Source: Calditrichia bacterium
Lineage (GTDB): Bacteria; Calditrichota; Calditrichia; RBG-13-44-9; J075
DNA: 64,000 nucleotides
Reading direction: 5' to 3'
Assembly (NCBI GenBank): GCA_050633245.1
Contig: JBOEGD010000004.1
Coordinates: 13,845 to 77,844 of the forward strand
In this document: positions 38,501 through 46,934 of the stretch, piece by piece
How positions within the stretch are numbered: the stretch's first letter is position 1
How the letters are laid out: each line of letters starts with the position of its first letter
Program-made: the position numbers and the translations under genes
Notes under the pieces: model-generated
What the model was told of the DNA's origin: nothing
What the model saw: only the letters and a program-made list of their open reading frames with translations
Database searches by the model: none

Positions 38501-38768
38501 CGATGCTTTTGTCGGTATAACCAACATAGCTTACGCTGATCTCATAAGGACCACCAACGCGAACGTTCGGAATGTTGTAGCGTCCATCAACGCGAGTCGA
38601 TGAGCCATACTGACTTCCAGACGGTAAGTGAACGGCAACAACGTTAGCGCCTGCAAGCGCATTTCCATTGTTGTCGGCAACACTTCCGTTGAAGGAAGCA
38701 GTGGTAACACCCTGCGCGAAGAGGCCTACGGAAATCATCATAAAGAGTACCGTAGAGATTAACTTCAT
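35580..38768 (-). CDS. TonB-dependent receptor, Oar-like, with carboxypeptidase-regulatory-like domain
   Basis: NNVQIDGAVTNDAFGL, PISLDAVQEF, INAVTRSGTN, SPRVGFNYD, terminal QLGLRYSF; GGAGG RBS. Confidence 0.93.
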   Translation of the reverse strand: MKLISTVLFMMISVGLFAQGVTTASFNGSVADNNGNALAGANVVAVHLPSGSQYGSSTRVDGRYNIPNVRVGGPYEISVSYVGYTDKSIEGVVVAITENRTINFTLTETTYEGQAVDVVAEQNEILSGSRTGANTTVTEETIQKFPSIERSIQDFARLSPQIVGTNIGSSDNTGGSSSGGTNNRYNNVQIDGAVTNDAFGLAASGTPGGQANAQPISLDAVQEFNVSVAPYDVRSGGFTGSLINAVTRSGTNTWEGSVYGFGRNQSITKSTLTVGDTETELSEFDELQTGFRIGGPIAKNKMFFFVNAEIKRRNDPRLGLSGLLTGTDLAEATADGNAIINTARNTYGYEAGNFDEYTAGTNDNKAFARLDWNLNNRNTLTLRHNFVDAELDRGINRNGFEAGLSSQNYVFNSVTNSTVLQWNSTLGSDKANMFRASFSTIRDARNLEGPKFPEITVDTDNIDFVFGSERSSQANSLDQDILEITDDLVYFSGDHTFTVGTHNEFYRFDNLFVQHLFGAYEFDSFEDASGNEVSAAEAFASNTPSRYRYSYSLDPNDPTPSADWKSYQIGLYAQDEWKMNSQFVLTYGIRADVPIFPDTPSENERFGELFEGRSTTDVPSGNVLWSPRVGFNYDATGDRETQLRGGVGIFSGRSPTVWLSNAYTNTGVEYGRVDAQTRFGDLVPSLVTDPNNQPRPGTNPNLSPISRSEINITSEDFKQPQVFRTNLGLDQKMAGNTILTLEGVFSQSINDVVVRNINLLAPNGNAPDGRPLYDRNAVISNEFTSVYELDNSSKGWRYNLTAQLQKLNGGDFMPGLAGSISYTYGQSRDVNSGRSSTASSNWAFNETLDPNNPGLGVSDFEIPHRILLNASYSFSFGTTFGLFYEGRSGRPFSLVYDNDANGDGSFGSNDLAFVPLNEDDLSEVTGDGWAALDAFLNSNDDLAAVRGGIAPRNFLNEPWLNQLDLRLAQNFNFGGQKFELTADVLNFLSLLSEDWGKQEFVNFQAYELFDFNSYDEVTGKPGVRFFAPSDRNGDGVQDFDDIFLTDNLLSRWRVQLGLRYSF

Positions 38769-39131
38769 GAATCCTCCAATCTACTGATTAGTTTGTTTGC
38801 GTTTCAAAAATGACGAAACACGAATTAAGGTTCTGATTTAAGGTAGATATTACGGCAGGAGACATTAAAAAGCCATTGCAAACAGATTGCGATGACGTAA
38901 ATCTGATCCCCTAACTCATAATCGCTCCACCGATAATAAGCGCAAAAAGTTACTGTGCACGGTAGTCTTATTCAAGAAAAAATAAAGAAATAGAGATATC
39001 TTGAAAATATTCATTAAAGTGCTGTTTATCTGTCCTTTAGGTGGTCTTCTTGCAGGCGTTGTGCAAAGCTTTTTCAAGCATTTGCACATTAAGGCGTCGA
39101 CTTTCGACTACAATAGCAGATATTTAGTCCA

Positions 39132-40343
39132 CTATTTTTCGGGGTGAAAGCGTGGGAACGAAGAAACTTGCATGATGTCTGCGATCTTTTTCGGAATCCG
39201 AGTGTTGTCGTACATTCCGGTAAATTTTAGACATTGAGGGCCGTATGCAAAAACCGCAACCGGTTCGGCAGTATGATAATCTGTGGTCCAACCAAAGGTT
39301 AAATCTGATCCGTCATTGTTGCCACCATGCAGTCCCATGCCGCCGGTCTCATGATCTGCTGTTACAACAACCAGTGTCTGTCCGTCGTTTTTAGCAAAGT
39401 CAAGAGCGTATTTCACAGCCTCATCAAATGCGATCATCTCGCGTATAACATACTCCGGATCATTATTATGCCCGCCCCAGTCAATCTGGCTTCCTTCCAC
39501 CATAAGGAAGAAGCCCTTTTCGCTGTCCTTTAGCAGGTTAAGCGCTTTTTCTGTCATCTGTTTTACCGTAGGCTCGTGAGCATCGTTCTTCAATCCGCTT
39601 GCGGCGAACAAACCAAGCACATCGCCATTTTCTATTTGCCGCATTTCATCGGCAGACATAGCCAGCTGGTAGCCATTAGTTGTGGCCTCTTGTAATAGGT
39701 TGCGTTCATCTGGTCGTCTTGAGAGCGTGTCTGACTTCGGTATAAAAAAGGATTTTCCGCCCCCAAGCATTACGTTTACGCCGGAAGCAATTAGCTGCCG
39801 CGCGATAATGGGTTCAAACTTGCGTGATGTTACGTGTGTGGCAAAACAGGCGGGGGTTGCATGAGTAATGGAAGACGTCGATACCAGGCCCGTCTTCATG
39901 CCCAAATCTTGTGAAATTTGAAGTAGGCTTACCGGTTTTCTTCCGTCCGGCAGCATGCCGATCATACCATTGTTGGTCTTAACGCCGCTGGCCAATGCTG
40001 TTGCGCTGGCAGCTGAATCGGTCACTAATTTGTCCTTTGCATGCGTATGGACGATTCCGGTTACCGGCATTTTTTCAATCGCCAGCGTTCCATCTGCACC
40101 GTTTGCGGTAATACGTCCGGCACTCATTTGTGTTAGACCCATCCCATCACCGATAAGAAAAATAATGTTTTTGATGGGGCCGTCTTGGGGGATAGGGTAT
40201 TCGCTTAGCGTTGCATCTGGTAAGGCGTATCGAGCAACGGGTGCATCTTGCTTAATTACATTGGAGCTGCAGCTGCTTATCAGTACCCCAATTGAGGCGC
40301 TGCTGATAAATAGCAATTTTGCAAGGTGAGTAATGCGTTTCAT
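39132..40343 (-). CDS. phoA: alkaline phosphatase (PhoA family), lipoprotein
   Basis: LISSC lipobox-like; IGDGMG, TDSAA (catalytic Ser), THATPA, EGSQIDWGGH, TADHETG. Confidence 0.9.
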   Translation of the reverse strand: MKRITHLAKLLFISSASIGVLISSCSSNVIKQDAPVARYALPDATLSEYPIPQDGPIKNIIFLIGDGMGLTQMSAGRITANGADGTLAIEKMPVTGIVHTHAKDKLVTDSAASATALASGVKTNNGMIGMLPDGRKPVSLLQISQDLGMKTGLVSTSSITHATPACFATHVTSRKFEPIIARQLIASGVNVMLGGGKSFFIPKSDTLSRRPDERNLLQEATTNGYQLAMSADEMRQIENGDVLGLFAASGLKNDAHEPTVKQMTEKALNLLKDSEKGFFLMVEGSQIDWGGHNNDPEYVIREMIAFDEAVKYALDFAKNDGQTLVVVTADHETGGMGLHGGNNDGSDLTFGWTTDYHTAEPVAVFAYGPQCLKFTGMYDNTRIPKKIADIMQVSSFPRFHPEK

Positions 40344-40418
40344 ATTAAATTCTCCGATAGGGTCTCTGCGCGTTCTTTGGGCGTGACGCGAGGTGGGGGA
40401 GCCGTGGTAGATCAGTCT

Positions 40419-40895
40419 TTAGACAAAAGTTTTCACAATTTCTTTATGAATGCCCTGCAAATCTGCGTAAGCGCGATTAATTTGTTCAACTTTCTCCTGC
40501 AATTTTTTCATTAGCAACTGCTTCTCAAGGCCATTGCGCAGGATAATCAGAAGGTCATCATTGTCCCATGGTTTTTCGAGATATTGGTAGAGACCGACCT
40601 CATTTATCGCTTTAATAGCATTTTCTTTATCTGCGTATCCGGTCAGAATAATTCGCGGGATCTCCGGTTTGGCGTCTCTTACGTGTCCCAGGAAGGTTAT
40701 GCCATCCATTTCAGGCATCAGATAGTCTGATACCACAAGGTCAACTTCCGAGGAGGTAATATAATCCAGAGCTTCTTTTGCAGAAGTAAAGGTATGTACA
40801 TCGTATTCTGTCTCCAGCATTAAAAAAGAGCTGAGGCTGGTCAGCACCATCTCTTCATCATCTACGAGCACAATAACTGCATTCTCATCTGCCAT
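40419..40895 (-). CDS. response regulator (REC + short coiled coil, no output domain)
   Basis: VDDE, VSDYLMPEMDG, LTGYAD, YLEKPW. AGGAG RBS supports ATG 40895. Confidence 0.9.
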   Translation of the reverse strand: MADENAVIVLVDDEEMVLTSLSSFLMLETEYDVHTFTSAKEALDYITSSEVDLVVSDYLMPEMDGITFLGHVRDAKPEIPRIILTGYADKENAIKAINEVGLYQYLEKPWDNDDLLIILRNGLEKQLLMKKLQEKVEQINRAYADLQGIHKEIVKTFV

Positions 40896-41008
40896 TAGGC
40901 TTTCTCCTGTAAAATGTTGTCCTGCACACTCTTTTTTGCTGTTCAAACCGCTCGCTGGTCGAACCGACTCAAAAGATACATCAAACTGGTGCTCAATGCA
41001 CCGTCAAT

Positions 41009-41821
41009 TTATTCAGAAGGCAAGAAAATTGTAAACATCGTACCTTCACCCGGAGTGCTCTCAACTTCTATACGACCCTTATGCAGGTCTATCAGCTTCT
41101 TAACGATAATCAAACCCATACCCATGCCGCTATCTCTGGTCGTATGCCCATCGCTAAACAATCCGGCAAGGCGACTGTTTTCGATTCCTACACCGGTATC
41201 GCGTATCGAGATAACGACCTCACCGGCTACTGATTTTACAACAATCCAGATGTTACCTTTGTGCTCGATTGCCTGACAGGCGTTGGCAAGAAGATTGAGA
41301 AATATCTGTCCGAGCCTGCCGGGATACCCTTTGACACTGGCTTTTTCGACGTCTGTATGTACCTCGATGCGTCCTTTAGTCTCGTGCCTTAATATAACAA
41401 GTGCGTCTTTTATCAACTGCTCAATATCAACAGAAACCGGCTCCTGTTTATTGCCGCGGGCATAGCTCCTAACGCTTTGCACTACTTCATGAATTCGTTT
41501 GCAGGCTGTTCTGTTAACGCCTGTGAGCTGTTCAACCATCGCCATCATTTTCAAGATTTTTTCTGCCGACGGTTCGGGCAAATTATCGTCATCGGTGACA
41601 GTGTTACGAATCTTATCGACTACTCGATCAAAAACCTCGACATTGTTTTTTATGGCGGCAATCGGTGTATTGATTTCGTGAATGATACCTGCGAGCAATT
41701 GTCCTAAAAGAGCCAGCTTTTCAGAACCAACCAACTGTGTTCGCATTGCTTCGAGCCTTATCAGGGTTTCCTGATGTTGCTTTAGCAGCTCTTCATGCGT
41801 CAATTTGTCTAGATTCTTCAC
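41009..41821 (-). CDS. cytoplasmic histidine kinase without a sensor domain
   Basis: SEKLALLGQLLAGIIHEINTP, NLLANA, DTGVG, GMGMGL; only about 30 aa precede the HisKA region and there is no TM. Confidence 0.9.
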   Translation of the reverse strand: MKNLDKLTHEELLKQHQETLIRLEAMRTQLVGSEKLALLGQLLAGIIHEINTPIAAIKNNVEVFDRVVDKIRNTVTDDDNLPEPSAEKILKMMAMVEQLTGVNRTACKRIHEVVQSVRSYARGNKQEPVSVDIEQLIKDALVILRHETKGRIEVHTDVEKASVKGYPGRLGQIFLNLLANACQAIEHKGNIWIVVKSVAGEVVISIRDTGVGIENSRLAGLFSDGHTTRDSGMGMGLIIVKKLIDLHKGRIEVESTPGEGTMFTIFLPSE

Positions 41822-41860
41822 TCTAAATCCACAGTTAATAAAACGTTTACAGGCGCTTTG

Positions 41861-42301
41861 TTATCGAGATACCGGTGCTCCGGAAAATGTATTCATCAGG
41901 GTGCGCATGCGTTTAACAGCTGTTTTGAAAACGCCCCGTGTAATCTGGATATGGTCGGAAAGTAAATCAAAAAAATCTTCTTTATCAATGCGAAGCAGCA
42001 AGCATTCGCTGGTTGGTGTTGCGGTAACCACGCGAGGAGCTTCATCAAAAAGCGCCCAGGTACCAAAGGCTTCCTTTGGGCCGGCAGTGGTTATTTCACG
42101 ATCACCTTGATGCAACCGGACATGGCCTTCAAGGACCAAATAAAGCGCATCTGAATTCTCGGATTCGCGATAAATAATTTCATCGGCACTGTAGGGAACT
42201 TCTTCAGCAATTGCAGCGAGATAAGACAGATCTTCCGTTGGAACATCGGAGAATACGTCTACATTTTGCAGAAAAATAACTTTTTCAATTATGGTTAACA
42301 T
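41861..42301 (-). CDS. stand-alone cyclic nucleotide-binding domain protein
   Basis: EKVIFLQNVDVFS...LYLVLEGHV...FGTWALFDEAPRVVTA; no CRP-type HTH. Confidence 0.85.
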   Translation of the reverse strand: MLTIIEKVIFLQNVDVFSDVPTEDLSYLAAIAEEVPYSADEIIYRESENSDALYLVLEGHVRLHQGDREITTAGPKEAFGTWALFDEAPRVVTATPTSECLLLRIDKEDFFDLLSDHIQITRGVFKTAVKRMRTLMNTFSGAPVSR

Positions 42302-42428
42302 AGCTTCCCAAAAAGAAATAACACTATTTATTTATGCGACAGTAATACCAAAAGTATACGGTTTTCTTCGCTTCAAATCCAACGCATTGTTTCTTTATTT
42401 GTTTCCGGCAGCCGATATAAATCACAAG

Positions 42429-43652
42429 TTATTTGCCAAAACGCAGTGCTTCCAGAAGAGACATTTCACCATCGTCCTCCCGCGGAGCCAGCCAGGTCTC
42501 TATCAGAAGGCTGTCTGAAGTTACTTGAACTTCAGTGAAATGGTAGTCACTTAATTGGCGAACATTTTCAGCCTCAATTCCAAACGCTGCCAGATCTTGC
42601 TCACGTTGAAGAATCAACTGCTCCCCAGCTTCAGCTCGTAGCGGAACCCCGCCACTGCTACTGATAACAATATGCAATTCTCGTCCGGCAAGATCAGGAC
42701 GCGTTTTATCCCGCTTAACAATATTGTGTTCGTAGAGATGTTCATGACCGGTGAAGACAACCTGCACGTTATTTTCCAACAGGCGATCTATAAAGCGAAT
42801 TCGTTTTTCATTCAAATCGCTTCCATAGTCTGCACGCAGCCAGTTGCTATAGTGTCTTCCAAACGACACGGGAGGATGATGCATTGCCACGATTTTAAAG
42901 CGTTTGTCTGCAAAACGGATTAATTGCTGCTCCAGCCAGGATGGCTTAAGCGAATCATCGGATACAAAATACTGAGAAAACAGCGTTTCTTGAATTTGAT
43001 CTGCAATGTCGTTTTTTTGATCGACCAAATAGTTAGAATCGAGGCAAATAAGCACGGCATCCTTAAATTCCAAGGCGTAAAAAGGAGGCCTGTTAAAAAC
43101 CGCCTTATAGTTTGCTTCGCCTTGTGGATTCGCTGTGCGATCGTGATTTCCAGGCACGGTTACGATTGGCACCGAGTTGAACAGCGGCGTCTGATTGCGG
43201 TTCTCTTCAATAAAGTATTTCCAGTGCAGTGGTCGTGTGCCATCACTGGCGCAGAGATCACCCAAAATAAGCAGAAAATCGTTGTTGTTGCTTATTGCGC
43301 GATTATAGAGGGTATTTCGCATGTGGTCGCGAAAGGTGGGATGATACTCCGGGCGCTTGGTCAAAAAACGCAGGCCCCCGGAAATGCCGTTGCTCAATAG
43401 ATAGAGCTGGTAAAATGGAACCAGCGCCATCCATTTGGATTTCCAGTTCTCTCCACGCAGGAACTTCTCGTTTATTCGCCAACCGCGCTGTGTGTCGCCG
43501 GTTACCAGAAAACGCGGGTTCTGCGTTTGCAGACTGTCTTCATTTAATAGATTCTTAACCTGATAAAAGTCTTGATCGTAATGATCTTTCAACTCGCCAT
43601 GCCCCGCACATCCGGCGAGGAGAATGACAAACAACAACAGAAATCGTTTCAT
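42429..43652 (-). CDS. calcineurin-like metallophosphoesterase, lipoprotein
   Basis: LLAG/C lipobox; GDTQ, LGDL, PGNHD, HHPP and GHEH metal motifs. Confidence 0.88.
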   Translation of the reverse strand: MKRFLLLFVILLAGCAGHGELKDHYDQDFYQVKNLLNEDSLQTQNPRFLVTGDTQRGWRINEKFLRGENWKSKWMALVPFYQLYLLSNGISGGLRFLTKRPEYHPTFRDHMRNTLYNRAISNNNDFLLILGDLCASDGTRPLHWKYFIEENRNQTPLFNSVPIVTVPGNHDRTANPQGEANYKAVFNRPPFYALEFKDAVLICLDSNYLVDQKNDIADQIQETLFSQYFVSDDSLKPSWLEQQLIRFADKRFKIVAMHHPPVSFGRHYSNWLRADYGSDLNEKRIRFIDRLLENNVQVVFTGHEHLYEHNIVKRDKTRPDLAGRELHIVISSSGGVPLRAEAGEQLILQREQDLAAFGIEAENVRQLSDYHFTEVQVTSDSLLIETWLAPREDDGEMSLLEALRFGK

Positions 43653-43673
43653 GTACCGTCCAGTAGTCGTGCC

Positions 43674-45338
43674 CTATCGGCGAATCCCGATAAGTGTCCA
43701 GTTGTTTTGATCATCTGCTTCCAGATACACTGACACAGCTTTGTTCCAACCGCCGTCGGTTTTCTTTGCACTGATGCTCACTTCGTATTGTTCACCAGCC
43801 ACCGCACTTACATCAGAAAGTAAGACGCGCCTTTCCGTCTGGTCTACCAACTTCTTTCCCATTATGCTGACCTGATATTCTGGCGAATCCATCAATCCGG
43901 TCTCTGCGGCAATATCGCGAAAAGCAAGTGCTGTTGCACCATCGGCTGTTTGTTCTAGCTGGAACTGATCGAGTGGACTGAGGCGATTGAAGGCATAGCG
44001 ACCTACTTTATCCCGACGCTGAATAAGGGTCTGAAGAATGTAGGCCTCAGCTTGCGGATCTGAATATTGTCCCTTTTGCACTGCCAGGCGAAGCTGTTCA
44101 TTGGTAAAAGACATAATAATGCGCGCAGCCCAAAAAGCATCTCTGGCCGTCATATTTTCAAAGGCCGGATTGGGAATTTGCGGCTTGTAGTCTTCAGGTT
44201 CAAAGGTTTCGGCATCAAATACACCAACTGCCGGATAGCGCGTTTTATCTTTGTTCTCCCACGGATGAACATAGAAGCCAAGAGTGACGAAATTAAACAT
44301 CATTCGGTTCGGATCGAAATCATTCTCATGGCCTCGCCAAATGTGATTCGGACCCCAAGATGCGCTGCCCAGTGTTGCACCAAAGTCGATGAGATTATGT
44401 CTGACAAAAGAGCGGCCATCTTCCTCGATAAACATATCTAGACTGTTGCCGTCCTTTGTATCAAAGTGATTTAGCCAGGCACTGAACAATCTTAAGCCAC
44501 GCAGTTCACGCCGATGCTGATGGGGAATGAAGTCGTTGGGATCATCCTTGCGCACGCCCTTATATTTGAAGGGCCCTAGCGGCTTACCAGGGAGCCACTT
44601 ACTGGCAAGTGCCCGGATTCTTCCATCCGGTAGAAAGTCGACCTTTTCGAATAGTTTGTCCAGATCGCTTTCCAGCATTAAGCGCTTTTCACCTTTTTCA
44701 TCGGTGAACTTTACGCCTTCACCCAATTTCAAAATCTTTGGGTGAAAAACGACAATATAGTTTTCAGGAACAAAATAGCCCATCGCGTGAAACAGAGTGG
44801 TGGAAACCACTTCAGCACCGGAGGCTATCTCGCGAAATCCTTTGGGATCAAATTTTATCAGATAGCCATCGCCGCGGGAATCGCGAATAGCAAAACCGGG
44901 TGTTACCCCCTGGCTCTTGGCACTGATAATTGTCCATGCTGCTTCGGTGTCGGGGCCGGTTCCACGGTCGGGGCCTCTGGCAAAATCGTCCTCTGTGGCA
45001 GAGCTCAGGTGATGACGGTTTGTAAACCAGCTGGAATTGAAAACTTCGTCAAAAGCATCCACGTTGAATGCTTCTTTTGGCTTATTGAAAAGTCTGCGGC
45101 CGGCTCGGGACAGACTGAGGCCTTCTTCAATTTGAAGGCTGAACACTTTATCAAAGCTTTCTGCCGCAGGAATGATTTTCTGTTCCGCCGGCTCAGCAAT
45201 ATTTTCCATGTCCGACGGTGGTCGAAGCGGTGCGGTAAATTGCTTCGAACTGCTGCATGAGAATAGCAAAAGTGTTATCAGGCAAGCGATGATTAGTCTT
45301 ACAGGTGATATATGCTTCATAAGAGAATCCTGATTCAT
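43674..45338 (-). CDS. lipoprotein with atypical protein-kinase-like (HipA/PI3K/CotH-like) motifs
   Basis: LLFS/C lipobox; Gly loop SQGVTPGF, beta3 Lys YLIKFD, alphaC Glu GAEVV, catalytic loop NHFDTKDGN, LIDFG. Confidence 0.7.
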   Translation of the reverse strand: MNQDSLMKHISPVRLIIACLITLLLFSCSSSKQFTAPLRPPSDMENIAEPAEQKIIPAAESFDKVFSLQIEEGLSLSRAGRRLFNKPKEAFNVDAFDEVFNSSWFTNRHHLSSATEDDFARGPDRGTGPDTEAAWTIISAKSQGVTPGFAIRDSRGDGYLIKFDPKGFREIASGAEVVSTTLFHAMGYFVPENYIVVFHPKILKLGEGVKFTDEKGEKRLMLESDLDKLFEKVDFLPDGRIRALASKWLPGKPLGPFKYKGVRKDDPNDFIPHQHRRELRGLRLFSAWLNHFDTKDGNSLDMFIEEDGRSFVRHNLIDFGATLGSASWGPNHIWRGHENDFDPNRMMFNFVTLGFYVHPWENKDKTRYPAVGVFDAETFEPEDYKPQIPNPAFENMTARDAFWAARIIMSFTNEQLRLAVQKGQYSDPQAEAYILQTLIQRRDKVGRYAFNRLSPLDQFQLEQTADGATALAFRDIAAETGLMDSPEYQVSIMGKKLVDQTERRVLLSDVSAVAGEQYEVSISAKKTDGGWNKAVSVYLEADDQNNWTLIGIRR

Positions 45339-45355
45339 TTTTAGTCGTTGGTCTT

Positions 45356-46651
45356 TTAGTCGATGCTTAGGATGAGTCGAAAGCCATCGGAGCTGAAGCC
45401 CACTTCAAATTTTGTAAGGAGCCCACTCTGCTTCCAAACGCGAAATCCCAATCCATAAGTTACTTCCAGATTGTCTGCATTGAAACTGTCATACAGATCG
45501 GGAGTAACCTTGCCGGCATCGACAAAGAACAACGCACTTATGCTCTCTTTCGTCGTGCGATTGCGTAGCGGGAAGCGATACTCAGCAGAGCCTAATAGCA
45601 TATCTTCATCATGAAAGCGACCTCGTGGAAAACCACGAACGGTTTCCTGACTACCAATTTCACTTAGATAGTAGAACGGTATTTCTTTGTCGTCCCGGGC
45701 TGCAACATCTTCTGCCGCAAGGCGAAGAACTAATGTCCGCTCTTTGAACAAATTAAAGTGTTGGGATAGATCCACTCCGGTGCGCGTAAACCCGTATTGC
45801 TCTTCATCTCCCATTTGAGAATAGAGGCCGGTATGAAACGAAGCGAGAAATCCGCTGGATGGATTGCCAAGACTGTTTGTGCCATTATATTCCAGACTTA
45901 TCGCAGCGCGTCCTAACTTGACACCGGTTTCGACACCGGAAAGCGTGGTCAGATCAAAAACTTCGCCGAGCTGATCACGAGTAGAGCTTCGTCCGGGCAG
46001 AATATTATTGATCTCATAACCGAAGGTCAAATCTGTTTTTAAGCGGGGCGTAAAGTTAGGACCAAGGTTTAACTCAAATGCCGCCATTTCTCGCGCGTAG
46101 TTTGCGCGATCTTCTTCAGGGGCATTGATGCCGACGCCAAAGAACGATTCATCCGGCATATTGTAATAGCCGGCAGATGCACCGATGACCAGATTTCCGT
46201 TCAGTATGGTAATGCGTTTTGCAGATAGTTCATATGCCTGTCTACGAAGTAGGCCAATCGACGCTTTTGGCGTAAGACGGCCACCAGGCGTGATAAAGTC
46301 TTTCCAGAAGAACTTTAATCCAAACCCGCTGCGCGAAGAGTAAATGGGTCTCAGCCCGCGCTTACCATCATCTGAGGTTAGCGCACTCGCAATGCGAGGA
46401 AGCAAATGATTGTCATAAACTACAGCAATGCCTGAACTGGTGGCACCAAAGATCAGCCTAAAGGGGAGAAATATAATTTCCCCTGGTAAATCAATGACTT
46501 TTTCAAAATTGCTTTTCGATGTGTAATCACTTTTCTTTGCAGTTGCAGTTGAATCCTGAACTGCCTGCAGCGAAGAAATACCGAAAAGTAGCGATGTGCT
46601 CACGACGAGGCGCAATACATTAGCTCTAAGAAATTTGTCGAAAAACATCAT
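45356..46651 (-). CDS. Omp85 (BamA/TamA superfamily) barrel without POTRA domains
   Basis: Signal peptide; loop-6 motif VRGFPRGRF; AEYRFP; FVDAGKV...YGLGFR. At 431 aa there is no room for POTRAs. Confidence 0.8.
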   Translation of the reverse strand: MMFFDKFLRANVLRLVVSTSLLFGISSLQAVQDSTATAKKSDYTSKSNFEKVIDLPGEIIFLPFRLIFGATSSGIAVVYDNHLLPRIASALTSDDGKRGLRPIYSSRSGFGLKFFWKDFITPGGRLTPKASIGLLRRQAYELSAKRITILNGNLVIGASAGYYNMPDESFFGVGINAPEEDRANYAREMAAFELNLGPNFTPRLKTDLTFGYEINNILPGRSSTRDQLGEVFDLTTLSGVETGVKLGRAAISLEYNGTNSLGNPSSGFLASFHTGLYSQMGDEEQYGFTRTGVDLSQHFNLFKERTLVLRLAAEDVAARDDKEIPFYYLSEIGSQETVRGFPRGRFHDEDMLLGSAEYRFPLRNRTTKESISALFFVDAGKVTPDLYDSFNADNLEVTYGLGFRVWKQSGLLTKFEVGFSSDGFRLILSID

Positions 46652-46934
46652 AAATTAGTCCGATATAGTTTCCGGCAGACGTGAGGATCAGCAATGACTC
46701 TTTTTAAGCCTGCCATGTACTTGGTGAAGTGCTTAATAGGAGTAAAAGGAAATTCCCGATTAATTGTTCCTAAATCGGGAATGCTCTTTTAACCTGAATG
46801 TCGAAAGTTTACTGATCAGAGCTGATAAAGTCAAATAAAACCATAATATTTTTAGTGGAAATGTAATATATTTTGCCCTATCCTGTTCATCTCAACAATA
46901 TGCTGCCGCTATTTCTATTTAAAGGTATACTGTA

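Noticed and set aside
43674-45338. Kinase-like gene read as a HipA toxin of a toxin-antitoxin or defence system
   Set aside because: It has a lipoprotein signal, no adjacent HTH antitoxin, and envelope-protein neighbours.
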